Of a DNA stretch of 64,000 nucleotides, positions 41,433 through 51,305 are shown in pieces. The translations under genes and the position numbers were made by a program. Under the pieces are notes generated by a model that saw only the letters and a program-made list of their open reading frames with translations, was not told the DNA's origin and did no database searches. Positions within the stretch are counted from its first letter, which is position 1; the number at the start of each line of letters is the position of its first letter. This DNA comes from Arenicellales bacterium (lineage in GTDB: Bacteria; Pseudomonadota; Gammaproteobacteria; Arenicellales; JAJDZL01), in assembly GCA_965243645.1 (NCBI GenBank), contig CBDEVD010000006.1:1488838-1552837 (forward strand), in the 5' to 3' direction.

Positions 41433-43418
41433 TCATTCGAGAGGGAAAATTTCCCGATATTCTTTATCGAGTTTGAAATCGAGACTACCAAATGCTTCCT
41501 GAATCTGGTCCCATGTAGCTGCTCGGTTATAGAAACTTTTTACAGAAGTACCGATACTGTCGTGAAACTTTCTGTACTCTTCAAAAATCAACTCATCAAC
41601 AATCGTTTTTAGCCACTTTCCAACTATGTATCGTTCTAAAAAATCTTTGTTCCCAAAGTAAGCAGAATTCTCAATCAAACCGTGAGTATACCCACATTTA
41701 TCCAATATTAAACGAAGTACAGCTATTGTTAAATAGTTCGCCATAGAGAAGAAGTGAAAGCTCTGTAGTTCTTTCAATATTTTTTCTTTGTCTTCAAGAA
41801 ATGATTCCTTTGTTTCAAATCTTCTCTTCAGAATTTTGCCAAATAAATAACTTCGGGTGACAATTTCTTTCATATTACTGAGTGTCTTGACATCACTGTC
41901 TTCAGAGTATTGACTGACTTTTAGAAGAATTTGACCGGTTGTTTTTGCATTACCGTAAATGCTGGTTTGGTTTGCTACAAGCTCAAACAAATTGAATGCC
42001 AAAATCATCTCTTTGACATAATCTTCACAAATTTTCTGAGGATCAAAAATTAACTTATAGCTCTTGCTATAGTCAGATCGAAAAATGTTTGCTTTCTGAA
42101 CTTTTCCTAGAGTCGGATCTTCCTTAAATGCCATCCAGATACTGGCCAATTTATCAATTGAAATTTTGTCATTCCAATTATCAAAGTCAGTTTTCCTCAT
42201 ACCTAATATGGAGTGTTTTTCTTTGTGTTCATCTAAATATTTTCTTTCTCCCCTTTTGATTTCATACAAGTATCCGAATTTCGCAAAGTATTTCTGCAAT
42301 TCTATTTGTTCTTTAGCATTAGCATAAAAGTCAGTCTCGTAAATTGAATTTTGACTGTTGTTGTATCGGATGACATTGCGTTCAAAATTTGAGGCTTCTC
42401 CTACCCCTTTACCATCATCTTGAATGACTCGAAACAAAACTTGAACCTCACGAAATTTCTCGATCGCAGAATTTTCGGCATCATCACTTGGATACTTTCT
42501 TGCTAGTTGGTTTTTCTTTTGCTGAAAGGCAGTAAAAATCGAATTAACAGTCTGAGCACCATTAATTATTTGTGGGTACTCAATTCGAAGTTTCTTTGTG
42601 TTTTCCTTGTACTTGAAACCCTTTGATGTGATAGTAAGCCCATTGTTATAGAAATAAAACATCTCTGGAAAATCATTCGCTGTATCACAGATCCCTGTGT
42701 TTATTTTGTTCTTTCCCAATCCAAATCTTAAGTTCTTATCAAACAACTTATAGCGAAACTCTTTTCTAATTCGGATAATTTCATCACCAGAAATTATTGA
42801 TACAAAAGTTCTGTGACGATTACTTAGATCTGGCGCTATATGCTTATGATGTAAAGCTATTTCAATGGATCTGGGTTCGGTCTTTTCTAATTTGGAAGTG
42901 TATTCTTGATATTCTTCCTTGATATCTTCCCACCCTCGATAATTAATATCTTTCTGGTACAGATTTCGTACTTCCTCTGAACAGTGACCAAGATGAAACA
43001 ACCACAGTTGGCTTTGATATCCCTCTTTGTCTGAGAATCTCAGAAATTCTTCGGCAATATCCTTTATCCGTATGTTCGTATGGTTATTGATATATTCACA
43101 GTCCCTTAATTTTTTGGGCACATCGTTGAGGTAGGAAAACCATTCCTTTTTTGCGGAACGTAGCTGCTTAATGGACCGGATAGACTTACACTGAATAATG
43201 TTGATTTGACTGTTCTCATGATCAACGAAAAATCCATCAATTGAATCATCATTAGTGTTGAGGCCGTCAAGCGCGCCATTAATCTCTTCGTGAGACAAGG
43301 AGTCCCAAAACACTTTTAGACAAAAATATGGGAAACTGTCTGTGATCTCGTTAGCATAGTCTTGTGCTTCTTTCTTGATGAATTTAAAGAAAGATTTGTT
43401 ATCTAGGTGAGAATCCAT
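41433..43418 (-). CDS. AIPR-family abortive-infection protein
   Basis: 661 aa, very AT-rich. N-terminal nuclease-like DSIDGFFVDHENSQINIIQCKS; central FYFYNNGLTITSKGF and QIINGAQT, which I associate with the AIPR domain. Confidence 0.72.
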   Translation of the reverse strand: MDSHLDNKSFFKFIKKEAQDYANEITDSFPYFCLKVFWDSLSHEEINGALDGLNTNDDSIDGFFVDHENSQINIIQCKSIRSIKQLRSAKKEWFSYLNDVPKKLRDCEYINNHTNIRIKDIAEEFLRFSDKEGYQSQLWLFHLGHCSEEVRNLYQKDINYRGWEDIKEEYQEYTSKLEKTEPRSIEIALHHKHIAPDLSNRHRTFVSIISGDEIIRIRKEFRYKLFDKNLRFGLGKNKINTGICDTANDFPEMFYFYNNGLTITSKGFKYKENTKKLRIEYPQIINGAQTVNSIFTAFQQKKNQLARKYPSDDAENSAIEKFREVQVLFRVIQDDGKGVGEASNFERNVIRYNNSQNSIYETDFYANAKEQIELQKYFAKFGYLYEIKRGERKYLDEHKEKHSILGMRKTDFDNWNDKISIDKLASIWMAFKEDPTLGKVQKANIFRSDYSKSYKLIFDPQKICEDYVKEMILAFNLFELVANQTSIYGNAKTTGQILLKVSQYSEDSDVKTLSNMKEIVTRSYLFGKILKRRFETKESFLEDKEKILKELQSFHFFSMANYLTIAVLRLILDKCGYTHGLIENSAYFGNKDFLERYIVGKWLKTIVDELIFEEYRKFHDSIGTSVKSFYNRAATWDQIQEAFGSLDFKLDKEYREIFPLE

Positions 43419-43599
43419 ATGCGTTTTCGATTTGCGTCAAATTTTCGAGTAATTGAATAAATTTATTGATTCGCAATTAGATCACATTCTGCCGAGTTGG
43501 TGTCGATTATGATCCACAAATTTCATAAGTGCTGTTAGAGAGCTTCCTTCTTTTGTACATTAGCAGCACCATTCCCAACAAGTCAGATCTCCGTTCCCT

Positions 43600-44106
43600 T
43601 CCACGATCTAACACCAACCCTGAATATTAATCGATATACGACAACCCTGAATCCGAGTGGATTTCTCACACTGACGAAAAACTAAAAATTGTTCCTCAAG
43701 ACCTTTGGGATGAAGTTAGTACAAAAAACTTGTCCGTAAAAGGCTTGGCCAGAAAGAAGAGGCAAACTGACCAACTTCATTGGAGAGGGCAAAGTGACCA
43801 TGTCCCTCAACCAAGCGTTGGTGAACACGTAAAACAAAGTAATCAATTTGAAGAACGAAATCGAATTTCTACAAAGCACCTATTCGAAAACCATAGAAAC
43901 GTCTTCTGTGGAGTGGATAAAGCAAAGACTATTCCAAATTCAATCGCTCCTGGAACAATAATCTGATCAATCCGCAATTGTGCTGCGAAAACTACTGAGG
44001 CTTATTGAACTCGAACCAGTTATATACGATACTGAAATACCGTCTTACATTGCACACACAAAGTTTGAAACGATTTCAATATAGGAAGACAGATTTACAC
44101 CTGCCT
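43600..44106 (+). pseudogene. Relic A of a large serine recombinase (3' part only; internal deletion, three in-frame stops)
   Basis: Reads NPESEWISHTDEKLKIVPQDLWDEV...NFIGEGKVTMSLNQALVNT*NKVINLKNEIEFLQ...AIVLRKLLRLIELEPV...YIAHTKFETISI*EDRFTP, colinear with the intact protein at 36982-38691. Cut off by the IS terminus at 44107. Left limit approximate. Confidence 0.75.
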
Positions 44107-45135
44107 TAGCCCGAGTTTACCGAGTTCATCAAAAAGAATCTGGTGAAATTGCTTCGATTAGTTCGATAGCGCTATTGTAACCCATTGACACAATGGAATT
44201 ACCTCCCGACTGTGTCGAAACAGTCAGGACTTAAGCAATTGTCTGGGTGTGGTGACCTAACCGGCTCGATAACGATCCAGCTGCAGTGCTTCGTATAACG
44301 TTTTCTGGACTTCAGACAAGCTCGACAGCGTCATCTGTATCTTCGGCGAGGTGCCTTTTCTGTTAGCCGGGTAGACGACACCGAGTTCTTTGATTGTTGC
44401 CAGCTCATCGAGTACCTGATGACACGAAAACGTGTGGCCCTCCTGATTGATCAGATGACGATACAGCAGGGTTTGTAACATCAGTGCCAGCACACAGATC
44501 AGTACATGCACCTGGATTTTCTGATCCGTCCAGTGATACTGGGGACGAATGGTAAGGTGGCGGGTGTCTTTGAGATCTCGAAAGGCGCACTCGACATGAT
44601 GCTGTGCGCGATAGCCGTGCACAATCTGTGCATCACTCCAGTCGCTACGGTCAGTGAAGATGAGATGCTTGCCAAGCAACGTGCGCTGCAGATGTTTCCA
44701 GGCCTGCCGATCAAAACGATAGGTCAGTTTAGGGATGTTTTGGTCGCTAAGTTGCACGGCAACCTTGAACAGATCTTTCATGTGCCGGGCTTTGACACAC
44801 TCGTTAACTTTTCTGTGCGTGCCGGCTACGGTTGGAGGTCGGCCTTTTTTGATGAGTCCCTGGTGCCAGCGCCGCAGCTGCCACTGAATCTCGTACAGTT
44901 GTTGCCGGCGCTTGGCAATCTCGCGCATCATGGTGGCTGTTTGGGTTTGTTCCAGATTCTGGTTTTTCGCCACCACCACCGTATACTCGCTCTGCCGTAG
45001 AGTTCTTTGGTGGTGCGCCAGGTGCTCACGCCCGGTATCTCATCGAGCGGTTGGAGCTGGCGCGCCGGCAAGTCTGGATGATGGGTCGGCACCAGGGAGC
45101 CGATCAGGTGATAAGGACTGTCGTGTACGGCGGCA
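44107..45135 (-). mobile_element. IS4/IS1634-like element, copy A: transposase-distal terminus plus the C-terminal ~290 codons of the transposase (frameshifted)
   Basis: Terminus TAGCCCGAGTTTACCGAGTTCA. ORF 44257-44979 (..HGYRAQHHVECAFRDLK..RPQYHWTDQKIQVHVLICVLALML..). The upstream part HDSPYHLIGSLVPTHHPDL lies in another frame, with the shift near 44985-45000. Confidence 0.75.
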
Positions 45136-45332
45136 TGTAGGTAACGGTTGAATATCCCAAAAGTAACGGTTGAAATTCCCCACTATTTAGTGGGCAACAT
45201 AGTGGGGACTATCTCGCCAACCGAACTATGTAGCGTAGTTTATTAACATCCTAATTTAATTGTAAAAAATCAAATCGATGACGACATAGTATAGGCTTCA
45301 ATCACAGCCCGTTTATGGGCAGGAGCTATATT

Positions 45333-46562
45333 ATGAGTAATCGGAATTATGATCAAATTACGTTTCGACGGCCAGCAATTGGACCGTTCGCTTCACATTT
45401 GTCCCAATTTGCTGAGGTATTACGCGCAAAACAGTATGCACCGGTAACTGTTTATTGCATATCGCGTCACGTTGCCCGATTCAGCGAATGGTTGGCAGAG
45501 CAGCAAATTGGACTCGACACATTTTCGGAAGAACAGACCGAACGCTATTTGGAAACCAAGAAAGGCATCGTGCGAACGCATGCACGCAATGCGATTGGGC
45601 ATTTATCCATCTATTTACAATCGGAAGGACTTCCAGCTTTGACTTGCACAGTTCAAGTCTTGTCATCGGTGGACCATTGTGTTGCGCAGTATGCGCAGTA
45701 TTTGCGAGTACAAAGGAATCTGGCCGGAGGCACCATTCGGTGTTATCGCGCAGTCGTTCGAGAATTCCTCCATTATCAATTTGGCAATGAAGCTGTGGAT
45801 TTTGATTCATTATGCACCGAAGGCGTGATTAGTTATTTGCGTCATAAAGCCAAACTGTTGAATCAAGTTGCAAGCGTACAAGCTATTGCCGTTGCATTAC
45901 GTTCGTTTCTGCGCTATGTGAATCGTCAAACCGGAAAACTGACTGAAACAATCTCTCAAGTACCTTCGGTGGCGGGCTGGTCACAGCAATCGTTGCCGCG
46001 CGCAATGGCATCCGAACAGGTGGAAAAGCTATTGGACAGCGTTGACTGCACTACGGCGACCGGAAAGCGAGACTACGCAATCATTTTGTTGCTCGCACGG
46101 CTGGGATTACGTGCTTGCGAGGTGGCATTCTTGACACTTGATGATATTGACTGGAGCACTTCAACGCTGACCGTAACGTTAAAAAGTGGGCGTCAAAGTC
46201 GCTATCCGTTAACCCAACAAATCGGTGATTCGATGGTTGATTATCTGCAAAATGCGCGTCCGAAAAGTCACAGCCGACGCGTGTTTTTGCGTGTCAATGC
46301 GCCATTCGACGGATTTAAAACTTCAGTCGGTGTTTGCAGCCTGGTCAGTCGTCAAATCCAGCGCGCTGGCATCGATGCGCCAACCCGCGGGAGCCATCAA
46401 TTACGACATGCGGTTGCCACCACAATGTTGAGCCAAGGTGCCTCACTGGAACAGATTGGAAACTTGCTCAGCCACCGCGACCTTGAGAGCACGCATATTT
46501 ACACCAAGGTCGATATTGATGCACTGCGTGGTTTGACACTGCGGTGGCCGGGAGTAAGCTGA
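45333..46562 (+). CDS. Tyrosine recombinase, RIT subunit A
   Basis: Start ATG 45333 after AGGAG. C-terminal HQLRHAVATTML...LSHRDLESTHIYTKV (R-H-R-Y catalytic pattern). Confidence 0.85.
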   Translation: MSNRNYDQITFRRPAIGPFASHLSQFAEVLRAKQYAPVTVYCISRHVARFSEWLAEQQIGLDTFSEEQTERYLETKKGIVRTHARNAIGHLSIYLQSEGLPALTCTVQVLSSVDHCVAQYAQYLRVQRNLAGGTIRCYRAVVREFLHYQFGNEAVDFDSLCTEGVISYLRHKAKLLNQVASVQAIAVALRSFLRYVNRQTGKLTETISQVPSVAGWSQQSLPRAMASEQVEKLLDSVDCTTATGKRDYAIILLLARLGLRACEVAFLTLDDIDWSTSTLTVTLKSGRQSRYPLTQQIGDSMVDYLQNARPKSHSRRVFLRVNAPFDGFKTSVGVCSLVSRQIQRAGIDAPTRGSHQLRHAVATTMLSQGASLEQIGNLLSHRDLESTHIYTKVDIDALRGLTLRWPGVS

Positions 46563-47506
46563 TGAATACACTGAAACAGGCGGTTCACGATTACGTGAAC
46601 CTCAGACGTAGCCTCGGATTTAAACTGTCTGATGCAGAACGGTATTTGACGCAATTTGTCATGTATCTCGAGCAGCACAAGCAATCGTATATCACCGAAG
46701 CATGGGCGGTCAAATGGGCGCAGTTGCCGGGCGAAGCAAAGCCTGCTTGGGCGGTTGCCCGTCTTGGCATGGTACGAGAATTTGCGCGTTATCGACAAAT
46801 TGCTGATCCAAGAACCGAAATTCCTGCTTTCCATGTACTGTCGGCAAAGCGTAGTCGACCGAAACCATATCTGTACACGGAAGAAGAAGTGTGCATCTTG
46901 ATGCAGAGCGCACAAAATATGCCTTGTCGAACACGACATGATGCATTGCGTCCATGGACCTACTATTGTTTGATTGGATTGCTGTGCGTTACAGGAATGC
47001 GGCCCGGTGAGGCCTGCGGACTAAAACTCAAGGATGTCGATTTAAATCGTGCATTGATCACAGTTCATGCGGAAAAATACGATCGTACGCGTCTTGTTCC
47101 AATCCATGAGTCGACCTGTACAGCGCTTGAGGAGTATATACAGCGGCGGGCACAATATTGGTGCGGCCACCCAGTGGCCGAACAGTTGTTTGTAACGCGC
47201 AACGGCACACGATTATCCAAAGGGCTGGTACAAGACACTTTCCGCGCTTTGACAATCCAGTCTGGTCTGCGCAAAACGCATGATTCCCATGGACCACGTC
47301 TGCAAGATTTCAGACACCGCTTCGCAGTCAGAGCTCTGGAGAATTGTTATCGCAGCGATGCCGATCCGGAAAAGATATTGCCCGTGCTTTCGGCCTACCT
47401 GGGCCATGTGCGCATTGGCAATACCTACTGGTATCTGGAAAGTAATCCTGGGTTGATGTCACAGGCCATGCGAAAACTCGAACGTCGTTGGGAAGGTGTG
47501 TTATGA
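46562..47506 (+). CDS. Tyrosine recombinase, RIT subunit B
   Basis: ATG 46562 overlaps the subunit A stop (TGATG). GMRPGEACGL, FRHRFAV, LGHVRIGNTYWYL. Confidence 0.85.
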   Translation: MNTLKQAVHDYVNLRRSLGFKLSDAERYLTQFVMYLEQHKQSYITEAWAVKWAQLPGEAKPAWAVARLGMVREFARYRQIADPRTEIPAFHVLSAKRSRPKPYLYTEEEVCILMQSAQNMPCRTRHDALRPWTYYCLIGLLCVTGMRPGEACGLKLKDVDLNRALITVHAEKYDRTRLVPIHESTCTALEEYIQRRAQYWCGHPVAEQLFVTRNGTRLSKGLVQDTFRALTIQSGLRKTHDSHGPRLQDFRHRFAVRALENCYRSDADPEKILPVLSAYLGHVRIGNTYWYLESNPGLMSQAMRKLERRWEGVL

Positions 47507-48513
47507 ATCCTCACACCACCCCCAATGAATTGACCGTTCTGATCAAGCAGTACTTTTTTCAACGCCTGACCAACCAACGTCAAGCAAGCCATCATACGGT
47601 CAAGTCATATCGCGATACATTTCGACAACTGTTCGATTTTGCAGCCAAATACTTGGGACAGGAACCTTCCAAGTTACTGTTCAATCAGCTTGATGAAACT
47701 TTAATCTCAGCGTTTCTTGATGATCTGGAAACTGCCCGTAAGGTCAGTATCCGCACCCGAAATCTGAGATTGACTGCAATTCAGTCGTTTTTCCGCTACG
47801 CATTTGAGCAGACGTTCCCCGAACATTCAGTACAAATTCAAAAAGTGCTGGCTATTCCGGCCAAACGTTTTGTGCACAAACAAATTGGCTTTCTTCGCCG
47901 GGAAGAGGTGGTCGCGTTGCTGAACGCTCCCGTGCGCAGTACGTGGATTGGGCGGCGCGATCACGCCTTTATTCTCACGGCAGTACAAACTGGGCTTCGG
48001 GTATCGGAGATGACCGCACTGAAGCGCGAAGATGTCATTTTGGGTGAAAGTTCTCACTTGCGGGTTTTCGGTAAAGGACGTAAGCAACGTTGTACACCGC
48101 TGGCAAAATCCACTCGTTCAGTGCTGACCCGCTGGATGCGGGAACCGGACCGTGGAAACTCTAAGCAATTGTTTCCAAATTTTCGCGGTGACTCGTTAAC
48201 GATCCACGGTGTTCAGTACATGTTGAAAAAACATCAAAAAAAGGCAGCCATACAATGCCCTACACTCGCAATTAAACAACTCAGCGTCCACCTATTGCGG
48301 CACACCGCGGCAATGGAGTTGTTGCAAGGTGGCGTAGACCGGTCAACCATTGCATTGTGGTTAGGGCACGAGCATGTTGAAACTACTCAGATCTACGTAG
48401 AAGCGACGATGGAGATGAAAATTCAGGCACTCGCCAAAGTGACGCCACTTTCGCAAAAACCAACGCGCTTTACCGCAGATGATCAACTGATGAAGTTTCT
48501 CGACAGCTTGTGA
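47503..48513 (+). CDS. Tyrosine recombinase, RIT subunit C
   Basis: ATG 47503 overlaps the subunit B stop (ATGA). GLRVSEMTAL, HLLRHTAAMELL, LGHEHVETTQIYVEA. Confidence 0.85.
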   Translation: MNPHTTPNELTVLIKQYFFQRLTNQRQASHHTVKSYRDTFRQLFDFAAKYLGQEPSKLLFNQLDETLISAFLDDLETARKVSIRTRNLRLTAIQSFFRYAFEQTFPEHSVQIQKVLAIPAKRFVHKQIGFLRREEVVALLNAPVRSTWIGRRDHAFILTAVQTGLRVSEMTALKREDVILGESSHLRVFGKGRKQRCTPLAKSTRSVLTRWMREPDRGNSKQLFPNFRGDSLTIHGVQYMLKKHQKKAAIQCPTLAIKQLSVHLLRHTAAMELLQGGVDRSTIALWLGHEHVETTQIYVEATMEMKIQALAKVTPLSQKPTRFTADDQLMKFLDSL

Positions 48514-48678
48514 GCGTAGAAATACTATGTAGCGTTGTTCGAAAATTCGTACACTATTATTATTTCTTTTCAACATGATAACGTTGCCTTCAGAAACTAC
48601 GCTACATAGTTCGGTTGGCGAGATAGTCCCCACTATTTAGTGGGCAACATAGTGGGGAATTTGACATCGTTACCTACA

Positions 48679-48859
48679 CGGCAATATTGTCCTCGCAGTT
48701 GTTGCCTTTATCGAACACCAGGGTGACATCGGCATCGTGGTGGTTGCCGAGTTCATGAAACCGTGCCATCAGGGCATCGATGAGACTGCGAAAGGTCGGG
48801 GAGTCAGGCTGGTTGCCAGGATAGGTGTGATGCAGAATCGGCAGGTGATGATCGGCGGC
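48679..48859 (-). pseudogene. IS copy A transposase, central fragment (continuation across the RIT insertion)
   Basis: Minus strand reads AADHHLPILHHTYPGNQPDSPTFRSLIDALMARFHELGNHHDADVTLVFDKGNNCEDNIA. Removing the RIT plus one CGGCA joins it in frame to AVHDSPYHLIGSLVP at 45130 and downward. Confidence 0.75.
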
Positions 48860-48867
48860 TGTAGGTT

Positions 48868-49318
48868 ACTTACACCATTCGTCCCCAGTATCACTGGACT
48901 GATCAGAAAATCCAGGTGCATGTGCTGATCTGTGTGCTGGCACTGATGCTGCAAACCCTGCTGTATCGGTATTTGGGCAGTCAGGGCCAGATGCTTTCGT
49001 GCACTCAGATAATTGAACAGTTGGCGGCAATCAAAGAGGTCGGCGTGGTCTATCCGTCCAAACGCAAAGACTCCTCGCCAACGATACAGATGACGCTGTC
49101 GAGCCTGTCTGAGACCCAGAAAATACTGTACAAGTCGCTACAGCTGGATCGTTATCGAGCCGGTTAGGTCACACGTCCCCAGAGAATCGTTTTGGTCCTG
49201 ACATTTTCAGGAGTGTCAGGAGGTAATTCCATTGCGTCAATGAGTTACAATAGACTCTCCCAATTAATCGAACCTACTTCGCCGAGTGCAAGTTGTTGAA
49301 CTCGGTAAACTCGGGCTA
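48868..49318 (+). mobile_element. IS4/IS1634-like element, copy B fragment: last ~98 transposase codons plus terminus, inverted relative to copy A
   Basis: TIRPQYHWTDQKIQVHVLICVLALMLQTLLYRYL...LQLDRYRAG* parallels the copy A C-terminus with many substitutions. Terminus ..TGAACTCGGTAAACTCGGGCTA ends at 49318. Confidence 0.72.
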
Positions 49319-49463
49319 GGAGGAAAAGGCAAACGCGGACTCCAAAATTAGACTGGAAGTGTGCAACTACGCTACACAAATCACTTTAGAAACCGTTTCC
49401 ACGTTACAAGACAAAATCGCGCCTGACATAGAAGATGAGGTCTAAGATGCGAATTAATATTGG
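49319..49463 (+). pseudogene. Relic B of a large serine recombinase abutting tRNA-Ala
   Basis: GGAGGAAAAGGCAAACGCGG matches 37888-37907 at 19 of 20 positions. Then YATQITLETVSTLQDKIAPD parallels YLAHTTFETISIVVDKKFAPN. Ends GCGAATTAATATTGG directly before the tRNA 3' end. Confidence 0.55.
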
Positions 49464-49539
<76 letters not shown>

Positions 49540-49614
49540 GCCAGTTGTAGGAGCATTCATTATATTGATTGTGCCGCAATAAAATTGTGCGGTTCCAGCA
49601 AACGTGGGGTTATT

Positions 49615-51024
49615 TCAGGAAGAGCGATTCTCGATCCAATCAAGTGCCTGATCAATACGCTGTAACGTCATATCTTTGCCAACCAACTCGATCGTTACGT
49701 CAATTCCAGGGGACACTGTACCACCTGTCAGTGCAACTCGAACCGGCTGCGCAATAGTGCCGAATCCTATCTCTCGACGTTCGACAATTGAAGAGATTTC
49801 TGCATGTATCGAGGTACTGTCCCACTCAACCAACTGTTCCAGGGACTGTCTTAATTCAACCAGCAGTATTGCGGAATCCGCGGTCAGATGCTTTCGGGAT
49901 GCCTTCTCATCATACTGATCGATCTCGCCAAAAAAATACGCGCTTTTTTCGACCAATTCAACCAGTGTTTGCGCGCGCGATTGCTGCACTGTAAAGATCT
50001 TGTAACTACGATCTGAATGACCAACATTGATGTTCCTATCGAGAAAATAGGGCTGCGCCAATTCAATTCCAGCTGCTGGTGAAAGCTTCATTAAATGTTG
50101 ATGGTTGATCCACGTGAGTTTCTTGGGATCCAGTGAAGCTGGGGAACGGTTAATTTTGTCTGCATCAAAATACTCGATCATCTCATCAACGGTAAATAAC
50201 TCCTGATCACCATGTGACCAGCCTAAACGCACAAGATAATTCAGCACTGCTTCAGGCAGATAACCCTCGGACCGCCACTCCAGAACGCCGGCATCATCGT
50301 CTCTTTTTGAAAGCTTCCGGCCTTCTGGCGAAAGGATCATTGGAACATGCCCGAACCGTGGAACAGGTTCGCCAAAAGCTTGAAACAGGTTAATCTGTCT
50401 TGGTGTATTGTTCAGGTGATCATCACCGCGAATAACATGGGTACAACCCATAAAGATCTCATCAACAACGACTGCGAAGTTGTAGGTTGGCGTACCATCC
50501 GTCCGCAGGATGATGAGGTCATCCAACTCGGAATTCTCATATTCGACCACGCCTTGCACCATATCATCGATGACTACGGATCCGGTAAGAGGGTTTCGAA
50601 AGCGAACAGTTGCAGGTTCATCCTTTGACGGTTTCAGTCCGAGATCGCGGCACTTGTTGTCATATCGTGGCTTGACCTTTCGTTCGATACAGTCAGCACG
50701 TAGCGCATCAAGCCGTTCTTTGGTGCAAGTACAGTAATACGCTTTACCAGCATCAATCAGCGATTTTGCGCTGGCCTGATACTGACTGAGTCGCTGGGAT
50801 TGATATAGCGGTTCACGGCCACTTTCAAGGCCGAGCCAACCAAGCGATTCAAAAATTAACGCGGTGGCTTCGTCGCTTGATCTGACCTGGTCGGTATCTT
50901 CTATTCTGAGTAGAAATTCACCGTTATGGCGTCGGGCATAGAGCCACGAAAAGAGTGCTGTACGCACCGAACCGATATGCAACTTGCCGGTTGGACTCGG
51001 CGCAAAACGCGTGATTACGGACAT
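49615..51024 (-). CDS. gltX: Glutamate--tRNA ligase
   Basis: 469 aa; PTGKLHIGSVRTALF (HIGH-type) and KLSKR (KMSKS-type). Confidence 0.95.
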   Translation of the reverse strand: MSVITRFAPSPTGKLHIGSVRTALFSWLYARRHNGEFLLRIEDTDQVRSSDEATALIFESLGWLGLESGREPLYQSQRLSQYQASAKSLIDAGKAYYCTCTKERLDALRADCIERKVKPRYDNKCRDLGLKPSKDEPATVRFRNPLTGSVVIDDMVQGVVEYENSELDDLIILRTDGTPTYNFAVVVDEIFMGCTHVIRGDDHLNNTPRQINLFQAFGEPVPRFGHVPMILSPEGRKLSKRDDDAGVLEWRSEGYLPEAVLNYLVRLGWSHGDQELFTVDEMIEYFDADKINRSPASLDPKKLTWINHQHLMKLSPAAGIELAQPYFLDRNINVGHSDRSYKIFTVQQSRAQTLVELVEKSAYFFGEIDQYDEKASRKHLTADSAILLVELRQSLEQLVEWDSTSIHAEISSIVERREIGFGTIAQPVRVALTGGTVSPGIDVTIELVGKDMTLQRIDQALDWIENRSS

Positions 51025-51305
51025 ATTTAGTGGTCGGGGCAGCTAGAGAATATTCTGAATAAAACCGAATGCGTCAGTCGATCCAAATAGCAAAAACCTG
51101 TTGTTGTGGGAACATCTGGCAATAGAGCACGCTGCAATCGCTCATAAGGTGACTCAATTTGAATCAGAAAGGTTCAGACGCAAGCGAAATGTGAAACCTA
51201 CACGAAATTGAACCGGTCATTTATTTTCAATAGATATTGACTGCTCTGAGTCTATTTCTCTATTTCGGAAGAAATCTTGTTGCTGAACCTACCCTTCTTC
51301 AACAC

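Larger units (their letters stand above)
45136..48678 (+). mobile_element. Recombinase-in-trio (RIT) element, 3543 bp
   Basis: Three overlapping tyrosine recombinase genes. Terminal inverted repeats of about 100 bp start TGTAGGTAACG (45136) / CGTTACCTACA (48668-48678) and include CCCCACTAT..ATAGTGGGG and ACTATCTCGCCAACCGAACTATGTAGCGTAG. Flanked by direct CGGCA (45131-45135, 48679-48683). Confidence 0.85.
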
